A stretch of DNA of 63,041 nucleotides, filler included, from Folioceros fuciformis (taxonomy: Eukaryota): assembly GCA_049999805.1 (NCBI GenBank). It is 32 parts of 32 records of this genome, joined end to end, with 100 filler letters (N's around TTAATTAATTAA, not from the genome) between each part and the next. Parts side by side here need not be neighbours in the genome. Positions count along the whole stretch, not along the records: positions 1 to 1,191 come from JBNGIO010003761.1; positions 1,292 to 7,542 come from JBNGIO010003762.1; positions 7,643 to 9,134 come from JBNGIO010003763.1; positions 9,235 to 10,342 come from JBNGIO010003764.1; positions 10,443 to 11,577 come from JBNGIO010003765.1; positions 11,678 to 12,794 come from JBNGIO010003766.1; 26 more parts are not named here. The stretch is one strand, 5' to 3'. Shown in pieces: positions 1-12,200 of this stretch. A program made the translations under genes and the position numbers. Each line of letters begins with the position of its first letter. Position 1 is the first letter of the stretch. Under the pieces are notes generated by a model. It saw only the letters and a list, made by a program, of their open reading frames with translations. It made no database searches and had not been told where the DNA came from.

Positions 1-766
1 GAGTCTTTGGATCTAAACAGCGCACCATATGATCCAGAGGATCCATTGTCGGATCCTCAAAATCACTCTAATTCGTTGGAAATGCAGGTAGAAGAGCTAC
101 AACAGTCCATGCGAAGCTTAACATTATTAACATATGAGGATATGAGAGGAATTGCTGATGTTGGATATCCAACGATGATAGCTGAAGAGTATCTGAACTT
201 TGGGGAGGATGAAGGATTGGAGACTACGTATATTTCTACAGAGGACGAAATATGGCAAGCATTAATCCCTGCACTTGTCAATGAGGAGGGTGAGGAGAAT
301 GATACAACGTCAGTGGAGACCATACAGCCAAGACCGTGTAAGACAAATGATGCTGTAGATAATGCTATGAGGATAATGAAGATGTTTTCGGAAAAGATGC
401 CACATAACACTTTTGATGCTTTGAAGTTGCATTCTCACTTGGAAAAACATATTGCTAGTCATTGGATGAAAGCAACTCAGCATCAATCCTTGAAAACATA
501 TTGCTAATCATTGAATGAAAGCAACTCAGCATCAATCAAGGATTGATGATTATTTTAACCAGGCAAAGTAGAATTAGGTTCGCAGCTACGTTGTATAAGG
601 GAGCATTTTGGATTTTATGGATTTTTTTGGAAGCTCTTAAGTTCTTTCAAAATTTTGATTTAAAAGTTTTTTTAAATATTTTTTATTTTTAATGAAAAAT
701 GCACGAACCCTCTATGGGACGATTTTTCTACTCCCAATTGTTGCCAATTAGAGGGGTCTGACTTTA
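1..766 (+). mobile_element. 3' end of a pogo/Tigger-like (Tc1/mariner superfamily) DNA transposon: acidic transposase C-terminus and right TIR
   Basis: Acidic ORF 7-507; PIP-box-like QSRIDDYF encoded just downstream (~532-556). The end ...CCAATTAGAGGGGTCTGACT(T) followed by TA (765-766) is shared with a second copy at 28526-28908, and the flanks differ. Confidence 0.6.
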
Positions 767-936
767 CTCGGCATGCACTTAACGTTGACAAGCCTTAACT
801 AAAATACCTTTTTCTTATGGCGGCTGACAAACAATTNNNNNNNNNNNNNNNNNNNNNNNNNNNNNNNNNNNNNNNNNNNNNNNNNNNNNNNNNNNNNNNN
901 NNNNNNNNNNNNNNNNNNNNNNNNNNNNNNNNNNNN

Positions 937-1082
937 CAGGACGGCTCACGGTTCACCCCTTCAGGCAGGACGGCTCACGGTTCACCCCTTCAGGCAGGAC
1001 GGCTCACGGTTCACCCCTTCAGGCAGAACGGTTCACGGTTCACCCCTTCAGGCTGGACGGCTCACGGTTCACCCCTTCAGGC
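937..1082 (+). repeat. 29-bp tandem minisatellite, ~5 copies (CAGGACGGCTCACGGTTCACCCCTTCAGG)
   Basis: Head-to-tail copies with no spacers; the array runs out of a gap. Confidence 0.95.
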
Positions 1083-1191
1083 TGCTGTGGCCATACATAC
1101 GTATGTACAGGGTACCCAGCCGGGGATCTGCCTAGACGAGAGTTTTGTTAGAGTCATCTTCCGACAGCGGTCCCTGAACGATGGCCACAGT

Positions 1192-1291
1192 NNNNNNNNN
1201 NNNNNNNNNNNNNNNNNNNNNNNNNNNNNNNNNNNTTAATTAATTAANNNNNNNNNNNNNNNNNNNNNNNNNNNNNNNNNNNNNNNNNNNN
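1192..1291. other. Artificial scaffold spacer N44-TTAATTAATTAA-N44 (first of 31; last centred at 61624)
   Basis: Identical 100-nt structure each time; stop codons in all six frames. Confidence 0.98.
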
Positions 1292-1598
1292 GTTACCGAC
1301 ACCAAATTCTTCATCATTCTAGGGACATGAAGGGTGTCGGGTAACACAATTTCATTGCCAGATGGCAGCCTAAGAGGAACTGACCCTACTCCAAGGATGG
1401 GCAGAGCTCTATCATCCCCTACACGAATTGTCTGTCCATTTAGAACAGGTTTATATTGAGTGAAAGCCTCATGCTGATTGCAAACATGATGTGAAGCACC
1501 GGAATCTATAAACCAGCATCTCTTGTCCTCGTTTGAGGATACTAAACAAGTTGCTAGGATAGTACCGGTTTTCTTGACTGTAACAGTGTGTGACTCGG
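1292..1598 (-). mobile_element. Second Ty1/Copia protease fragment (paralogue of 1871-2177)
   Basis: WFIDSGASHHV motif; near-identical to the adjacent copy with scattered substitutions. Confidence 0.9.
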
Positions 1599-1698
1599 NN
1601 NNNNNNNNNNNNNNNNNNNNNNNNNNNNNNNNNNNNNNNNNNNNNNNNNNNNNNNNNNNNNNNNNNNNNNNNNNNNNNNNNNNNNNNNNNNNNNNNNN

Positions 1699-3234
1699 AG
1701 AGTGTGTGAGGTGTGCAGCTGCATGTATTCGTGAAGGTGTACACTCCAACTTATAAAGATCATTTGAAGGATAATCAATAGCCAGTAGCTGTCCATCTTG
1801 CTCGATGTGACATTCATCAGGTTTGGATTCAAACAGAATACGAACCCTAGGTAATGTAACCTTCATTTTGGTTACCGACACCAAATTCTTCATCATTCTA
1901 GGGACATGAAGGGTGTCTGGTAACACAATTTCATTGCCAGACGGCAATCTAAGAGGGACTGACCCTATTCCAAGAATGGGCAGAGCTCTATCATCCCCTA
2001 CACGTATAGTCTGTCCGTTTAGGCCAGGTTTATACTCAGTGAAAGCCTCATGTTGATTGCAGACATGATGTGAAGCACCTGAATCTATGAACCAGCATCT
2101 CTTGTCCTCGTTTGAGGATACAAGACAAGTTGCTAGGATAGTACCAGTTTTCTTGACTGTAACCGTGTGTGACTCGGCATTGGATCCTTCCCGCTTGGGT
2201 TCTCCGGCTGCCTTCTTACGACAGTCACGCTCAAAGTGACCTGGAATCTTGCACCAATTACAAGTTCCCTTTTTCTTCACACTGGATGACTTGGATTCTG
2301 AGATTCGCTTCCCTCCAGTCCTGCCGCTGGTCATGCGAGATCCCTTTCCTTTGAATGCATAAAGGGCTTGACTAGAGCTCCCCTCGTGTTTGCCTTCATG
2401 CCTACTACCATGTCGGGTGGCCTCTTCTTCTAATAGTGCACCAATAACCTCCGTGAGATTGCCTCCTCCGGTTGCTCGCATATTGTTGTTTTGCGAAGAT
2501 ACAAAGGTTCGATAACTGGAGGGCAGAGACATGAGTAGGGCTGTTGCAGCCTGTGTCTCATCCAGCTTGGTGCCGCATGCTGCCAAGTGTGCTCTAAGAG
2601 CTCGAAACTTATTTAGGTGAGCTTCAATTGGCTCATGTTCCTTCATCTTGAGATGCCAGAATGCCCTGGTTGAATTGACCATAGAAGCAGAGTTATTGAT
2701 TTGGAACATCTGATCAAAAGTCGACCACATTTCTGCAGCCGTGTCAAGCCCTTGCACGTGGTGCAACATATTCTTATCAAGACCTGCAACCAAGATGCTC
2801 CGAGCCCAGCGATCAGCCTTGGCCCAAGCCTCGATGTCAGCAGGTGGGGAACCAACTTGTGGTTTCACATTTGTTCCCAAGACTATATCCAGCAGATCCT
2901 GCTCTTCCAAAATGGTACGCAAGCGAATTGTCCAAACTTCATACTCGCTGCCATTGAAACAATCTCGATCCTTGAACTCGACCTTGAAATGTGTAACGGT
3001 TGTGTGTGCAGGTACCTGAGGTGCCTGACCACCACCACCACCGCCTCCTCCTCCTCCACCACCACTACCACCACTGCCTCCTCCTCCCCCTGGGGCTCCA
3101 GACATGCTTGATGCTGACTGAGACTTAGGGGTTGTTCTCAACGGAATCCTGAGGAGCTTTGATCTTTGTGGAGGTGTATGTGGTGTAGACGAGGACGTAG
3201 ACCCTCCTTCAGATGAGGGTGGTTGAGAGACCAT
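1699..3234 (-). CDS. gag-pol: Ty1/Copia gag-protease, 5' part of gag-pol, runs into gap
   Basis: ATG at 3234; poly-Gly N-terminus; Copia gag (FNGSEYEVWTIRL..., LLMSLPSSY); zinc knuckle CNWCKIPGHFERDC; protease WFIDSGASHH...LHVPRMMKNLVSV. Confidence 0.95.
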
Positions 3235-3247
3235 AACCTAAATGCAT

Positions 3248-3790
3248 CTACAGATCATAGGGAGACCCATTTGCAGATGCAGGTTCTGTCTTCCTAAGAA
3301 ACAGGTCTAATGCGATGAGGACATCTAGCAGACACTGTACCCTTCTATCCAGAAGATCTATCCTGCGGGAAATTGTGACCAACAGGTTTGTTGTATCTCT
3401 CCCCCGGTCTGCAGAAATACTTTCTGACCTTTGCTGTAATTTTGTGTGTACTTTTCCTTGCCAACTAAGCGACTGTAAGATGGCTAAGAGTTGAGACTGA
3501 TTGTGTCTGTAGGAACGCCTAGTTAAGTTCTGGCTGTGTTTAAAGCCCGGATAGCTACCGACAAATGTTTGATTCGGTGAACAGTGCAAGTGAGCACAAA
3601 GGTCACTTGTGCAGGCTGAGCACAACCTTGCTTGAGCGTTCCAACCAGCAATGTCTTCCACGATACTCCTCTGGTGAGAGCTCAAATTCTCCTCAACAGA
3701 TTGTAAGTCAACAGCAGGTGATGACTGGAAATTCGACTGTTTCCAGAAACGCTGATTCTGGCGTTGTCGATTCCAGCCTCGTCGAGGCAT
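3248..3790 (-). CDS. Extra ORF (180 aa) between PBS and gag of the Copia element, function unknown
   Basis: True ATG at 3790, uninterrupted, stop 13 nt before the gag ATG in a different frame. N-terminus MPRRxxxxQRQN is conserved at 53186-53221. Confidence 0.7.
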   Translation of the reverse strand: MPRRGWNRQRQNQRFWKQSNFQSSPAVDLQSVEENLSSHQRSIVEDIAGWNAQARLCSACTSDLCAHLHCSPNQTFVGSYPGFKHSQNLTRRSYRHNQSQLLAILQSLSWQGKVHTKLQQRSESISADRGRDTTNLLVTISRRIDLLDRRVQCLLDVLIALDLFLRKTEPASANGSPYDL

Positions 3791-3931
3791 GTTGAGGCTC
3801 TCCAGAAACGAGGTCCTCTATCCTAGGCGCCAGCTTCCTGATTTACACTTTCTGAAGACATGTAGCAAAACGTGGTGCATTCTCCAAGACTAAAAACAGG
3901 CATGTAGTGCAATTTTAGGAAGTTGCGACGT

Positions 3932-3943
3932 GCTCTGATACCA
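3932..3943 (-). promoter_or_regulatory. Primer-binding site, tRNA-iMet (TGGTATCAGAGC)
   Basis: Exact canonical plant PBS directly after the LTR. Confidence 0.95.
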
Positions 3944-4182
3944 TATCGCGGTACGGCTCGTAGGAGATTGAGGAACTAAGAGCATACGAGAGCAGAAAGA
4001 AAAGATTACATTAAGCTCATGCAAGCGGGGTATACAAAGCCAGCAGATTTGTCTACGAGAGGTCGCGACTACTACCCTAACCAACACGACCTGTGCCGAT
4101 TCGGTAATGACGATTAGCTAGGTCTTTAGCATGCGGCTATTTAAATATTTATTAAGGGGATAAACCCTATATGCCCGCGACA
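3944..4182 (-). mobile_element. Copia LTR, 239 bp, TGTCGCGG...CCGCGATA
   Basis: Terminal inverted motif; preceded on the minus strand by PPT AAGAGGGAG (4183-4191) and followed by the PBS. Confidence 0.9.
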
Positions 4183-4698
4183 CTCCCTCTTAGACGCTTG
4201 TGATTGACCTAGCCTGCACTTTCCGCCCGCCATCGTCAAATGTGTGAAATCACAGCGATGTTGCTCTTGATTCTGTGCTTGGCATTGAGCCTTGCATTTA
4301 GGAAACTCCTCGAACTCAGATGGCTGGCTTCCATTCAAACTGTAGACGCTGCAGTCCAAACCTCCTTTCCTTCAGATGTGAAGAATGAGAGTTACCTCAG
4401 CCGTGTTGACGGTGGAGATTGGAAGCCTACACAGGTAGACCCTGCAGCACAATATCTTGATAAGGAAACCTTGAATCTGAAAACACCCAGTATCTGAAGA
4501 TTACGCAGTTGCTGTACCTGGCAATTTCTGACCAAGCGCAGGTGTTCACAGAGCTACAGACTCTGACTGTGAATGCTCACAATAGGGACCTAAATCTCCC
4601 TCTAAATCTAGGATGTATGCTAGATGGTCAGACACAGAATGGGACACTGAGGGAAGAGCACATGCGTCAAGATAGACCTATGAGCCTCTCTAGTGTGG

Positions 4699-7542
4699 CT
4701 ACTGGAAGACATGGGGCAGAAATGGTGTGATGTCAACCATGCCTAGACTCTGAACATGTGACTCGTGCCTCTCCCTGCTTAGAGGTTTTGTGAGAAGATC
4801 AACATAGTTAGCATTTGTGGGAACATATGTGAGTGCCACTTCTTTGCGAGTGATGGCCTGTCTAACAAAGTGAAGATGCAAATCTATGTGCTTGGTTCGG
4901 GCATGATAGACAAGATTATTGGCCAACAGAAGTGCTGATTGATTATCACAGAACACTGGAGTGGGTTCTGTTTGCTCCTGGGATATGTCCGCCAGAAGCC
5001 TGCAATTAGAAACTGCTTCCTTACAGCTTTCAGCAGCTGCTCCATACTCAGCCTCAGTTGTGGAAGTACTCACAAATGTCTGTTTCTTCGATTGCCATGA
5101 GATGGCAGCTCTAGCAAGCAGAAAATAGTAAGCTGACACTGACCGTCTTGTATCTGGGTCCCCACCCAGTCTGCATCAGTGTATCCCTGTAGGAAAAGCT
5201 TCTTCATAGTATTGTCTTTACGGTAGCATAATCCTAGATTTCTGGTGCCCTTGAGATAACGCATAACTCGTTTTCCGGCAGTCCAGTGAGGTGTACCAGG
5301 ATTTTCGACAAACTGAGAAAGAGAACCACAGGCTTGGCTAAGGTCAAACCGTGTTCTAGTGGACAGATACAATGCAAACCCGACAAACTTCCGGTAAGGA
5401 ACAACTTGCATTGCAGCCTTCTCTTCATCAGTATTCGGACTGTCTAGCTTAGACAGGCGAGCACCAGCAGCCATAGGGGTACTCACAGATTTGGCATCCT
5501 CCATATTAAAGATCTTGAGCATCAAGTCAATGTAGTGTGCCTGATGTAGGAGAACCACCCCTTTGGCAGGTACAAGGTGAATTTGAACTCCTAGGAAGAA
5601 CCTAAGGATACCAAGATCTGTCATTTCGAAATGCTTTCGTAATAGACCTTTGACTTTCACAAGCAGCTCACTAGGGCTATTAGTGATCAGTAAAGCATCA
5701 TCAACATAGAGAGCTATAATGACAAAATTGTCACCGTTTGTGCAGAGATACACATTTGTATCTGCATCACTCTCCTTGAAACCCAAGGACTTAAGAAAGG
5801 TACTAAACTTCTGGAACCAAGCCCTAGGTGCTTGCTTTAGTCCATAGATGGTTTTGATAAGTTTGCATACATGATTTGGAAACTTTTTATCAACATATCC
5901 TTCAGGTTGCTGCATGTAGACATCTTCTTCTAATTCTCCATGCAGAAAAGCTGTTTTCACATCCATGTGATGCACAATCAGATCATTCTGAGCTACAAAG
6001 GCCATGAGCACACGAACTGAGGTAAACCTGACTACAAGAGAGAATGTTTCCTGGTAGTCCAGTCCTGGTCGCTGAGTGAAGCCTCGAGCTACCAGTCTAG
6101 CCTTCTTGCACGTGACAGCTTTTCTTCCAGCTGGTAAAGGCTCCAACTTCCATGTTCCATTTTGAACAAGACTATCATACTCTGATTTGATTGCTGCTTG
6201 CGAGTCTACTGCATGAGGTCCTAACAGGGCTTCTGACATTGTGGCAGGTTCTCCAACAAGCTCAGCAACAGAGAGTGCCTCAGCAATTAAAGATTGGATC
6301 GTAACAATCTGTGACTGTCCAGAGTCTTCATGGCTAACTCCCTTTGTAGATAACTCCACTGGCCTATACACAGCAGCTCCCTCTGAAGATGAGGGTTCAT
6401 CAACAGTAGGTATTGTCCCAAACTGTATAGGTTGATCAGGGACCTGTGTAGAATTATGTGCTGACGCACGAGTTGACCGCCTGAGAGCACGTAGGGAGTT
6501 GCTGGGTGGTGAATATGGACAGACTGTCCAGTTGTCTCTAGAAGGATGAGGTCTAGACGCCTGACGAGGTGCAGCCGGTGGCTCCTCATCACTAGATGAT
6601 TCCTCAGCAATATTCTGTGCGACTCCAGATTCTGATTGAGTCAGATGTGAAATAATTGATTGTGTCAGGGGTATACATCTCATCATCCTGATCTGATGAT
6701 GTTACAACCTGTGTGTCTGATTGCTGTATAGGTTTTGAGGTCATCTCAGTCACTTCGTTGCCCAAACTAGAAAGGTGATCATCATCTGGTTGTGACAGGC
6801 CTGAATCATCTGAGTCTGAATTTGTAGCTGCTTCGGGTGTAACTGAAGGAGTTGTTGACTGTTTTCCAGGAAGTGAAGTGGGAGCACGATTCAAAATCGC
6901 GTCTTCATTGAAGACAACACTCCTAGCATAAATTATCTTCCGATTTCTAGGATTGAACAATTTATATCCTTTTATCCCCTCAGAATAACCGACAAAGATA
7001 AATTTTTCAGCATTTGGTTGTAGCTTGCGTCTCTTCGCTTTTGGTATGAAAACATAGGGCGGACTACCAAACACCCGAAGGTGCAAGATTCTGGGTTTAT
7101 GTCCAGTCCACCTCTCAAACGGAGTGCTTCCAGGCACAGATACAATAGGCAATCTGTTTTTCACGTAGACTGCAGCTGCAACGGCCTCAGCCCAATATCC
7201 TAAGGACAGGCCTGCTTGAGCTAAGAAAGCCTTAGCCTGTTCCTAGAGTATGCCGTTACTTCTCTCAGCTATGGGATTCTGCTTCGACGTATAAGAAATG
7301 GTAAGTTGTCTAGAAATACCCAATTCTCTACACAGCTGCATGAAAGCGTTTGATCCATACTCACCTCCACCATCTGTCCTGAGTATTTTCAGTAGATGGG
7401 AAGTTTGACGTTGTGCATTTGCTAAGTAGTCCTTAAAATACCCTAATGTTTGTGATTTCTTGGATAGGAAATACACTATCGTGAATCTACTCCAGTTATC
7501 AATGAAGGAGAGGATATACTTAGCACCGCCAAAGGAGCGCTT
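4699..7542 (-). mobile_element. pol: Degenerate Ty1/Copia pol: integrase - RT - RNase H
   Basis: [81 protein letters not shown]. Has a stop and frameshifts, plus a deletion after AVTCK. Confidence 0.95.
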
Positions 7543-8043
7543 NNNNNNNNNNNNNNNNNNNNNNNNNNNNNNNNNNNNNNNNNNNNTTAATTAATTAANN
7601 NNNNNNNNNNNNNNNNNNNNNNNNNNNNNNNNNNNNNNNNNNCTCCATTAAAGTATAGACAGCTCTTGGTCTCCATCCTTTAGAAGAAAAAAAGTTATTT
7701 ATGTCTTTGGAAAATAGTGAATTTGCATGTTTTAATAAATTAGTAAGGAAAATGAGACATGCCAATATAGTCATTATATTAAAAAAGTGAAAACATACTA
7801 AATAGTGAAAAATGAGACATAAATGTGTGGTCAAATGATATAAAAAATAGAAAGTTTGGCTTAATGTATTTTATTAGAATTAGGCACTTGAAGTACATGT
7901 GACTAATCTTTGCTCGGTGATGTTGTAAGAACAATTTCAGTAGACCAACCGTAGAACAGAGGAAAAGGACGGAGAGGAGGTAGAGGTAGGGATGAGGTGA
8001 TGGTATGTCAAGGTGAAGGAGGTTGGCATTCAGGAGTCTGATG

Positions 8044-8349
8044 TGTAGGGTTATTAAAGCCCAATGTACTTATACTAATGTGTTTAGTCTAAGATTAGTG
8101 TCTAATTAAGTACCATTAGTTTAGATTAACTTAAGCTAATATGTAGGAAGCTTCTTACGCAGCTTCTTGTGCGCTTCTTGTGAAGCTTCCTAGGGAGCTC
8201 TTCTAGAAGGTATAAATACCCCTTTGAGCTCCCTTGCTATTGAGACTCATTGTGAGAGTGTGACCTCTCTTTCTCCTCTGCTCCTTGCCTCCTCTTCTCC
8301 TCCTTCACCATGTAGCTCCTTCTAGCGATCCTTCAAGTAGTATCAGAGC
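8044..8349 (+). mobile_element. Copia 5' LTR (8044-8335, TGTAGGG...CCTTCA) plus variant PBS-Met TAGTATCAGAGC (8338-8349)
   Basis: TG...CA ends, TATAAATA box; the same LTR follows PPT/RNase H at 18990 and 19427. Confidence 0.85.
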
Positions 8350-9234
8350 CTGGTTGTGGAGCTCAAGTTGTGCAGCGCGATGCTCATGTCTATAGGTGCC
8401 ACGGACAAAGGCCCGTGAGAAAGGGCATCTAGGAGGAGCACAGAGCTCCGAGAGCGAGGGAGCCGGGAGCGCGGGGCACCGGGAGGGTGCTACCACGCCG
8501 CAAGGGGCATCTGCCCTGGGGCGCCATTGGCACCGGAGGTGCCGATGCCGCGGGGGCACCAGGCCGCAGCGGCTAGGCCCCCAACGCGGGTGGGCAGGCA
8601 AGCCTNNNNNNNNNNNNNNNNNNNNNNNNNNNNNNNNNNNNNNNNNNNNNNNNNNNNNNNNNNNNNNNNNNNNNNNNNNNNNNNNNNNNNNNNNNNNNNN
8701 NNNNNAGGCTTCGGTCAGGGCCGCCGCCGAGCGCGGCGGGTGCCAGCCCGGGGGCACCATCGGACGTGGGCCGCGGAGCGCGTCGAGGCTGCGGATGCCA
8801 GAGCGCAGCGAGACTGCGGGCGTCGGAGTGAGATCAGGCCGCGGGCGCTACGGGTGCCGAAACGAGGGCGTAGTGAGCACCGACGCCAAGAGCGAAAGCA
8901 CAGGCTCCGAACCGTCCCGGCCATGAGGCGTCGAGATCTCTGAATTGGACGACAGGATTGCAGTCGTGAGCGAAGCTGAATTGAGGACAGCCAATGCGGA
9001 ACAAATTGTGAGGGTAACAAACTCTACATTACATTTCGACTGTTTTCTAACTAGCCTTTTGCTTGATTTGCATCGATTTTTGAATCATGACGTCCTCAGA
9101 AAACGTCATGTTCAATATCGAGAAGTTAGATGGTNNNNNNNNNNNNNNNNNNNNNNNNNNNNNNNNNNNNNNNNNNNNTTAATTAATTAANNNNNNNNNN
9201 NNNNNNNNNNNNNNNNNNNNNNNNNNNNNNNNNN

Positions 9235-12200
9235 TATATAAATCTTATAATTTAATATTACTAGAATATTATAATTAATTCTTAGTTATCTAACTTAGAT
9301 ACTATACTTAAGACTACTTAGTTATCTTAACTTAGTTTATTAAACTTACTCTATCTATAAAACTTAACCTAAGTACTACTATACTTAATACCTATATCTA
9401 TTATATATCTTAAGTACTTTATATACTCTTAGGTATAGTTTATAATACTTTAATTACTCTTAAGATAAGTAACGCTAAAATAGATATACCTCTAGCTACT
9501 ATTACTAGTAATACTAGATATCTATCTAAACTAGTAAAGAAACTCGATAAGTATTATAGTAACTATTAGAAGTTAAAATAATAGATTATCTAGTAAGATA
9601 CTTACTTCTACTTTAACTCTAATATTAATACTAATAATTAAGTTATCTTAGTTACTATCNNNNNNNNNNNNNNNNNNNNNNNNNNNNNNNNNNNNNNNNN
9701 NNNNNNNNNNNNNNNNNNNNNNNNNNNNNNNNNNNNNNNNNNNNNNNNNNNNNNNNNNNGTATATAGATAATAATATTACTAATACTAATAATATAAAGA
9801 TATTTAAAGACTAGTTAGTTTTTAAAAACTACTTTAGAACTATCTTTAAAGTCTAAAAGAAAGAAGCTTAGATAGAATAATAAATCTAATATTTATAGTA
9901 GACTAAATTAGTTACTAAGTATACTACCTAATTCTAATAGATTTCTAATAGAATAAATTAGGATAATAATACTTTTAAAAGAATATTCTACTAAGAACTT
10001 AAGCTATAGATATATACTAAACTTATACGTAGTAGATTAAGTCTTAATATACTTAAAAAACTTCTTAATAAAAATATCTATATTAATAATAAGCTATATA
10101 AATTAGAGCTTAAGAAATAAAGCTTTTATTAATAAGATAACTTAGCTAATATAGAAAAAAGAAGATATACCTACTTCTAAGATACCTATAGAATATAGAC
10201 TATAGAATATTATATCTCTAGCTAACCTAAAGTAATATACTTAGATAATATTAATAAAGAAGATAAGAAATAAAAAAAATCTATAAAAAAGAGAGATAAA
10301 AATAATAAAAAGATATACTATAACTATAGTAAACTAGAGTACNNNNNNNNNNNNNNNNNNNNNNNNNNNNNNNNNNNNNNNNNNNNTTAATTAATTAANN
10401 NNNNNNNNNNNNNNNNNNNNNNNNNNNNNNNNNNNNNNNNNNCTATAATAAAGTTATTAGAATTATCTCTTAGTACTTTCTTTTCTTTCTCTAAAAAATA
10501 TATAGAGTCTATTATTAATTTTAATAGCTAGTTTAATAAGGCTAGTTAAGTTATTTAAATCTTCTAGCTAAAGTAGTTTATACTTAACTTAGTCTTTAAG
10601 TTTCTTATAGTATTATAATATTAAGGCTTTAGAGTCTTAGAATTAATTAGTTTTAAATTAATATTTATATTATAAATTATATTCGTAATAGTATAATCTT
10701 AAACTAAAATAATATAATATAATAAATATATTTATATATATAACTATAGACTAAGAAGTATATATAAAGATACTATATAGATATTATAAGAAAAGTATAA
10801 TTCTTTAAGTATAGAAAGTATTATATAGATTCTAAATATTACTTTTACTAAAGTAAAGAAAGTTTATAATAACTCTTAAAGCTCTAGAATTTATAGAAGT
10901 ACTATAAGAGCTATACTATATATTATAAGCTATACTTAAGAGTATACGAAGTACTTAAAATATACAATAAATATAGGTATTAGATATAGTAGTACTTAGG
11001 TTAAGTTTCGTAGATAAAGTAAATTTAATAGATAGAGTTAAAATAACTAAGTAGTTTTAAGTATAGTATTTAAGTTAGATAAATAAGTTAATTATAATAT
11101 TCTAATAATATTAAATTATAAGATCTATATANNNNNNNNNNNNNNNNNNNNNNNNNNNNNNNNNNNNNNNNNNNNNNNNNNNNNNNNNNNNNNNNNNNNN
11201 NNNNNNNNNNNNNNNNNNNNNNNNNNNNNNNATATATATACTACTTAGTCTAATTAGTATACTTAGTAGTACTAAGTACTACTAATTATTAAGTACTTAG
11301 TATTATATACTATATAGAGCTACTTTACTTAATTCTCTACTAATTATATACTTACTAAGTATATTACGTAATTATCTATACTATTTCTCTATAGCGTATA
11401 AGTATAAAGACTATAAGCCTTATATATAAGTTATTATTATACTAAGAGTTAGCTATAAGTAATTAGACTATATATACTAAAGTTTTAGTAGAGTACATTA
11501 TAAGTATATAGAGATTAAGTAAGTTAATAGTTAAAACTAAGTAGATAAGTAAGATAGTACGTAGAATATAATATTATNNNNNNNNNNNNNNNNNNNNNNN
11601 NNNNNNNNNNNNNNNNNNNNNTTAATTAATTAANNNNNNNNNNNNNNNNNNNNNNNNNNNNNNNNNNNNNNNNNNNNTAGATAAAACTCTATATAACCTA
11701 TTATATAAATAATAATATTACTAATTCTATAAATAATAAGATAATTAATAAATAGAGTATCTTTAAGAAGTAACTTAGAAAGGTATTTAAACTTTAGAAG
11801 AAAGAAGTAGTAGCTAAATAAGATATCTAATAACTTTAATAAACTACTTCTATCTTAGACTACGCTACTAAGTTCGAATTACTTAAAGTACAACTAAACT
11901 AGAATAATAACTCTCTTAAGAGAATATTTAAATAAGAGCTAAAAAACTAAGTATATAAGAAACTTATATACTTAAGAGCTATCTANNNNNNNNNNNNNNN
12001 NNNNNNNNNNNNNNNNNNNNNNNNNNNNNNNNNNNNNNNNNNNNNNNNNNNNNNNNNNNNNNNNNNNNNNNNNNNNNNNNNNNNNGTCTAGAGTAACTTA
12101 TAGAAAAAAGTATTTAAATTAATAATAAGCTCTATAAGTTATATCTTAAAAAATAAAGCTTCTATTAAAAAAAAGATATAGATAAGAAAAGAAACTACTT

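Noticed and set aside
1236-1247. Recurrent palindrome TTAATTAATTAA as a biological motif
   Set aside because: Always centred in N44...N44; an artificial six-frame-stop linker. Cross-linker neighbourhoods and ORFs ending XXXN/XXLIN are artefacts.
8706-9134. Gene exon (ISELDDRIAVVSEAELRTANAEQIVR followed by GT)
   Set aside because: In-frame stop immediately upstream and no recognisable family.
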